Shown one piece after another: positions 58,288 through 64,000 of a stretch of DNA of 64,000 nt; position 1 is the stretch's first letter; the number at the start of each line of letters is the position of its first letter. The stretch spans positions 3,968,001 through 4,032,000 of the forward strand of contig CP075495.1 of the NCBI GenBank assembly GCA_021613535.1, read 5' to 3'. The position numbers and the translations under genes are program-made. The notes below the pieces were generated by a model. The model was not told the DNA's origin and ran no database searches. It saw nothing but the letters and a program-made list of their open reading frames with translations. The DNA comes from Adineta vaga. Taxonomy: Eukaryota > Animalia > Rotifera.

Positions 58288-59243
58288 TTATTCAAATTTC
58301 TTGCCAATATCTGTTGTATGTATTGATGGACTAATTTCTTCGTCAAAACTTTGTTTATTAAATATTTCATTTACACTATATTTACCCGAAGGTTTTTCTT
58401 CTGGATAAGTTTCTAATTGAGTTTGCAATACAAAACTGCCATCATCTGCATTGCGTTCCAGAATACAATATCCACAATTATCAAAATTTTCTAATGTATG
58501 AAATTTTTCTACGGACCAACGATAAAAACGCATAAGAAATAGTCGCATGAATAATCCATGACTAACAATAAGAATATTATTTTCTGACATTAAACAATTA
58601 TCCATTTCACGATATAAACTATCCATAAATGAACTAACACGATCGTAGACATCAGCACCTGATTCACCATTTTTAAAACGATAAAAAAATCGACCAATTT
58701 TCTTTCGTTCGCTCACTGTTATTTCACGTGTAGCAAGATCTTGAAAGTTTCCCCTAAACAAAAACAAAAAAACGAAATCCACATTAGGATTACATTCTAT
58801 TCGAATATTTATAGTTTCATTTACCATTCTTGTTCTCTAATACGTGGATCTTCGCGTACTTTTAAAATCTTTTCTTCAGGAAAGGCTTTACATATTAATT
58901 CACATGTTTCTTTCGAACGACGGAATGGACTAACAAAACAGATTAATGTTTCATTAGTACCAATGATTGATTTTAATTTTTCACCACATTGTAAGGCTTG
59001 TTCTCGTCCTCGATCTGTTAAACCAATAGCATGATCAGGTACGGAACAATAGATATTCGAATCTTGATTTCCTTGACTTTCACCATGTCGAATTAAAATA
59101 ATACGTTTTGCTCGTCGTTGACAACGATATCGTCGTGAACGAATAACCACTATGGAACACAACATATTAATAAGATCATTATTATATAAATACCATAGAA
59201 AAGCAACGGTAACTATTAAAATAAATAAAATAATTACGATCAT
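58288..59243 (-). CDS. Histidine phosphatase (PGM superfamily), AT74/DET1-like, with an N-terminal TM anchor; 2 exons
   Basis: RIILIRHGESQGN, PDHAIGLT, VSPFRRS, VREDPRIREQEWGNFQD, GRFFYRFKNGESGADVYDRVSSF and IVSHGLFMRLFLMRFYRWSVEKF. One intron at ~58823-58755. Confidence 0.9.
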
Positions 59244-61466
59244 TATGTAGAAACGTTTCGTTATTGATTATATAAATAATGCTAGATTCTTTTATATATA
59301 TACTAATACATATATGTATTAACGTTCAAAAAGGAGTATTTGAAAATTAGTTTAATCTAAGAATAAAGAAGAAAATTTCTTGTCGAAATATAAGATGCAT
59401 GTGAAAAAATGTAATAGTTTTCGCCGAAAAATATATTTCAAAAAATCTTGTCTTTTATTTTATGTCTAGATAAAGGTAGACGAATAATCATACGATTTGA
59501 AATAGATAAAGAATGAGAAATTACAAAAAAATTTTTAACTATTATGTCCCACATATGTATAATTCTTTCGTAACATAGTTACACTATGATTTATTTTCCC
59601 CTGTTTTCAATGGTTTATTCCTATAACCAATCATATTGACTTGCTGAAAAATTAGTTAGTTTCGCAAATCATTCATTCCATAGGAAAATCAAGTCAAAAT
59701 ATTCATGTCATAGTACATTGGAAATATTTAACGTAAGCCACATTAAAAAGAGGTATTATATCTATGAACCGGAAGAGTATAGTATGAGAATTTTCCGATC
59801 TTTAAAAAGAAAGCATCATCAAAGGAAAAGAGTACTTGTATTAGAAGTACTCAAAACTAACAATAGAGGTGTTGCCTCATTCTGTGTCGTTTATCTATTT
59901 TTAGACAATAGACAGTGTGTATATAAATATACTTGCGATTTCCGAATGTTTGAAGTATTTAGTAGTAATATGATTACTCTTCTTGATAGATCAAACGAAT
60001 TTTTAACAATTAAATTATTGCCGATATAGAAAATCAAACAAATATTCTAACATGATTTAGTATGTTGAATATTGTAGACATCATCGATAAATTGTCTAAG
60101 AAAATTTCTGACATTTATACTTATCAATGATATGCACGCTTATAAATCGATCATTATGAATAACATAACTCAAAAGATAAACTAGTATATTGCCTTTTTG
60201 TGATCTTTGCTTGATCCATTCTACTCATCGTTTATTGTCTTATAAAATACATTGTGTAATCGAACATCTATCTCAATTTGGTACATATGTTTTAGAATGA
60301 TTATTCCTTCCTACAAGTGATCATATAAGACAGATTGTTCATTTCTCGAACAAAATTCAATCTATCTAAGTAATTTATATCATCGAATTCTACTAAAAGA
60401 TTTTTAGTCAATAAAGAAGCCATGGATTTTATCGAAAAATAAACTTAGATTTTGTAAGTTATATGTTCTTTCTTACACATAAAATGTAATTCGATCTTTT
60501 ATTGAATAGAAATTTATCATTCGCATAAAAATTTCCTAATGACCTTGTTTAAGCTTTACGTGTTTTGTCATCATTAAATAGATTATATTCACTTGTTTAT
60601 TTCCCATGATAATGACGTGTGCAAGTGACGATCAAAAGAAAATAATTTAATCGTTATAGACACACATATATATATATATATTCGAAGCGGATGTTCTTCG
60701 AACTTATAGAAATCTTTCTTGATGAATAGAAGTTAAAATAATGTGTTTTTTTTGTTCTTTATAGACGTGATGTAACAATGAACATGTATGAACATGTAAT
60801 GATGATTCTTCTTCTTAAGCTTTTTGCCTTTCAAAAAGAACAGAATTTTGCGAGAAAAGTGCAAGTGTCTGTCAACCGTACGTGTGCGCAAGATAAGCAT
60901 CGGACAACTGAACGAGTAAATAACCGAGAGTTAGTCAATTCATTCTTTTACTACAACAGACATCCTGATCGACAGGAATGATGATGACGACCGCAATGTT
61001 CAACATCAACATGTTCCAATGATGCAGTGCTGGATGAGAGAGAGAGAGAGAAAGAGAAAAAAACCGAGACGAACGGAAGAAAGAAACAAAGAACGAAGAG
61101 AAGAAGAACTAGAAGAGAGTATATGCCGCAAACTGAGGATGATTACGAAACAGACGGCAAGAAGAAAATGTGCTCAACATACATACACACCACATCTATG
61201 AGAATGTGGTTTAGCTGCGTGTGCTGTTACTTATTCTTTCTTTTTTTTCTCAAAATGAAAATGGGTAACTAATCGGAATAACAAAAGCTTTGTATGTTTT
61301 GATTTGCAAAGAAATCGAGTATAATAGTGTTCCTGTTAGCTTGCATTATAGAGGAATAATCCTTCATTTAATCGAGGGTTTAATGATTAGTTCTCTGATG
61401 CATATTCTTCTATCATTAACTGATTCTTTTCTCTTTTTTTTAGAAATGTTTCTTTCATAGTAATTG

Positions 61467-63119
61467 ATGGTGATTATGCTTTGGTATTTCTATTTGATTT
61501 TCGTTTTCAACATCTTTATACCAACAAACAATGCTAATAATGATGAATGTGATTTTTTAAATCAATGTAAATGTACGAATTTTCCACTATTTGCTATTTA
61601 TGATACAAGTTATTTATCTAAACCACGTTCATCATTGAATCAAGATCTTTTTTGTGCATATTCAAGTGAACATATGAATGAAACGAAATTAACAACATTT
61701 GATCAATTTAAATATATCTATTATCGTTTTCGTACATTAACATTTGCTAATTATCCATTTATTCCATCGAAAGCATTTCGTTTCGTTCACTTTGAAAGTC
61801 AAAGTGTTAAACAAACACATCGCACAAATAATCGAAATGTAATTGCATTTGTTAATATTGAACAAACTTATTCAGGTATATTTGATGAATTAAGTTTAGC
61901 TGATTCTTCCGAACAATTAATTATATCCTTTATTAATTCACCTTCGATGATCTATGCTCATGGAGCTCTTTCAAAATTAACTTGTTATGAATTGAAATTA
62001 TCGAATACAAATCCAAAAATTCCAATCGAATTTTTTCATAATACAATTTCAATCTATCATTTAATTATAGCTAATCCTTCATTTACCGGTTTTCTTTCAT
62101 CATCATCATCACAAATATTTACTTTTCAAGTTTATAAAATTTCAATTAAAGATATTAGTATTCGTTCATTACAAGGCAAACATTTTCCAATTATTTTCAA
62201 TTCTGTTCGAGAATTAGTTTTAGAAAATTATCATGCTAATGGAGGATTCAAATCATTTCATAATCGTGAATTAGCACAATGCTTTCCACAATTACAATCT
62301 CTAACAATATTTTCACGTTCAATTCAACATTTAACAAAACGAATGTTTGAATCTTTTACTCAATTGGAATATTTAAGATTGAATGGTATAACAACAATTG
62401 AAAACGAAGCATTTTATAATTTATATAATTTAAAAGAATTATATTTGGGAAAACATATTCGTCGATTAGATCCATATGCATTTCTTCATATGAATACAAG
62501 ATTTTTATATTTAAATGAAAGTTTAGATTTTCAAATGAATGATGATCAACATTTTTGTGTTTTTGCTCAATTTTCACCGTTAACAAATATGAAAACATTG
62601 ATTATATTTCCAAAACATCTCGACAAATGCTCATGTACTCTTCGTTATTTATATCGACATTTAGATAAATCATGGTTGTCAACAACACCATATTGTTATT
62701 CAAATTCAAGTTTATATATTTTATCACAAGAAGAACGCTTATGTTATTTTGAACAACGTTTACTTCAATGTCATGTTTTACCTGATGAAGGTATTACAAT
62801 CTTTGGTAAACATTATAATGTCTCATATTTTTATCAACAACAAATATCAAAACAACGTCATCATTTTACATTATTCTATCAATATCGAATATATTTGTTC
62901 TTAGGAATACCTTTACTACTTGTAGGTATCTGTTTAATTGTATGTATGATTCGTCAATATAGACAACGTAAAACGACAACATATCGACATTTAAATCGTC
63001 TATTAAATCGAACACAACGAACAGGAAATGAACAGATTACAATGGATATTATTTATCATCATACAAATGATCAACCAGATATTCTTCTTCCAACAATACC
63101 AATTACAACTAAAGTGTAA
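61467..63119 (+). CDS. Leucine-rich-repeat type-I membrane protein with a C-terminal PDZ-binding motif (intronless CDS)
   Basis: Signal peptide, Cys cap (CDFLNQCKC), LRRs (FESFTQLEYLRLNGITTIENEAFYNLYNLKELYL), LRRCT-like CSCTLRYLY, TM IYLFLGIPLLLVGICLIVCMI, and C-terminal TTKV. Confidence 0.82.
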   Translation: MVIMLWYFYLIFVFNIFIPTNNANNDECDFLNQCKCTNFPLFAIYDTSYLSKPRSSLNQDLFCAYSSEHMNETKLTTFDQFKYIYYRFRTLTFANYPFIPSKAFRFVHFESQSVKQTHRTNNRNVIAFVNIEQTYSGIFDELSLADSSEQLIISFINSPSMIYAHGALSKLTCYELKLSNTNPKIPIEFFHNTISIYHLIIANPSFTGFLSSSSSQIFTFQVYKISIKDISIRSLQGKHFPIIFNSVRELVLENYHANGGFKSFHNRELAQCFPQLQSLTIFSRSIQHLTKRMFESFTQLEYLRLNGITTIENEAFYNLYNLKELYLGKHIRRLDPYAFLHMNTRFLYLNESLDFQMNDDQHFCVFAQFSPLTNMKTLIIFPKHLDKCSCTLRYLYRHLDKSWLSTTPYCYSNSSLYILSQEERLCYFEQRLLQCHVLPDEGITIFGKHYNVSYFYQQQISKQRHHFTLFYQYRIYLFLGIPLLLVGICLIVCMIRQYRQRKTTTYRHLNRLLNRTQRTGNEQITMDIIYHHTNDQPDILLPTIPITTKV

Positions 63120-63284
63120 TTCAAATTCACTCAGAAAAAGGAATTATTTTTTATTGTATATACCTGAATTCAAAGCGAAATAAAACAAAAGAAAACGTAC
63201 AATATAGAATGATTATTTTTTTTGCATTTTTGTTCGTTGGTTTTGTTTTCTTTTTCTTTTGTATGAAATTTAATAAAACTAGTG

Positions 63285-63988
63285 TCATTGATTGAGATTA
63301 CTTAAACGACGTGCTGGACGATTAATCGCTGTCGGACGATTCGTATTATTAGCGGATGGTGTTACACTTTGACGTCCATTTAGATTTGCAGCTGCCGATG
63401 CTCGACTATTTGGCGATCGATATCGTGGATTAAATGGTTGAAATGTTGATGCAGTTACACGAGTTGGACCACCAGCAAAAAATGGCGAAGTAGAAGGAGC
63501 TGGTAATGCACTTTTAAACCAAAAAAATAAAAGATTCCTAGTATTATGAAATATTTACTAAACATATTTACAAAGGATCTCGACAACATGATAAATTTTG
63601 ATCGATACAATGTGATTCACCAGATATACTTCGATCAAGGTGCTTTCCTTCTGGATAATTATGAAAATATTGATTTTGTTGGATAGATTTTTATAGAAAA
63701 TAGTTACCTTTACTATGTTTTAATGCATCCATTAAATATTCGAAATGTTTCATTTTTGCTCGAATTAATGCTAATTCTTCTGATTGTTCACTTATAACTT
63801 GATTTTGATGATCAAGATAATCCATACAATGTTCTAACATCTAGAAATAATTTTGTTTTTTCTTTTGAACTAAAATGAAATTTAAAAGAAAATTTAGTTT
63901 GGTTTACATATTGATATTCTAGAACTTGTTCTTGAATATCCATTTGACCTTGTAAAACTTGTGAACCCATTTGAGTAAGATTCATATT
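63285..63988 (-). CDS. 3' part of an unknown coiled-coil protein gene (5' end outside the window)
   Basis: Four in-phase exons: NMNLTQMG...EYQY | MLEHCMDYLDHQNQVISEQSEELALIRAKM... | EGKHLDRS...RDP | FALPAP...PARRLSNLNQ*. Confidence 0.65.
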
Positions 63989-64000
63989 CTAAAATAGAGA

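Noticed and set aside
60778-61272. Short ORFs upstream of the LRR gene
   Set aside because: Purine-rich low-complexity sequence, probably 5' UTR or intron. The candidate splice to 61444 runs into TAG TAA before the LRR ATG.

Overview
Very AT-rich eukaryotic (animal) genomic DNA, gene-dense, with mostly ~55-75 nt GT-AG introns. Gene content and style (hsp82/Hsp90 neighbourhood, intronless orphan 7TM array, non-metazoan-looking genes that carry spliceosomal introns) suggest a bdelloid rotifer such as Adineta; this assignment is an inference. I assembled about 23 protein-coding genes by hand. In order: an Mps1/TTK-like kinase, Bax inhibitor-1, a PMCA Ca2+-ATPase, three tandem orphan 7TM receptors, a myosin light chain, two tandem GPI-anchored poly-Ly6/uPAR-like repeat genes, a PSP94-like protein, a TRMT10-like gene, a LamG + FG-GAP secreted protein, TTC36, hsp82, an orphan type-I membrane protein, a scramblase-like gene with an antisense M14 carboxypeptidase nested in its intron, a PAICS-like gene, a His-brace/ependymin fusion, GPR107/108, a COMMD gene, an AT74/DET1-type histidine phosphatase, an LRR membrane protein and a partial coiled-coil gene. 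The most notable observations are: (1) two multi-three-finger surface protein genes with patchwork gene conversion between repeat units; (2) a secreted LPMO-like histidine-brace domain fused to an ependymin-like domain; (3) a PAICS paralog with both active sites degenerate and Ser/acidic inserts; (4) a tightly nested antisense gene; (5) HGT candidates. Seven small frameshifts cluster in the lineage-specific genes between 16.9 and 37.5 kb, and may be assembly errors or pseudogenisation. I recognised no rRNA, tRNA, CRISPR array or intact mobile element.
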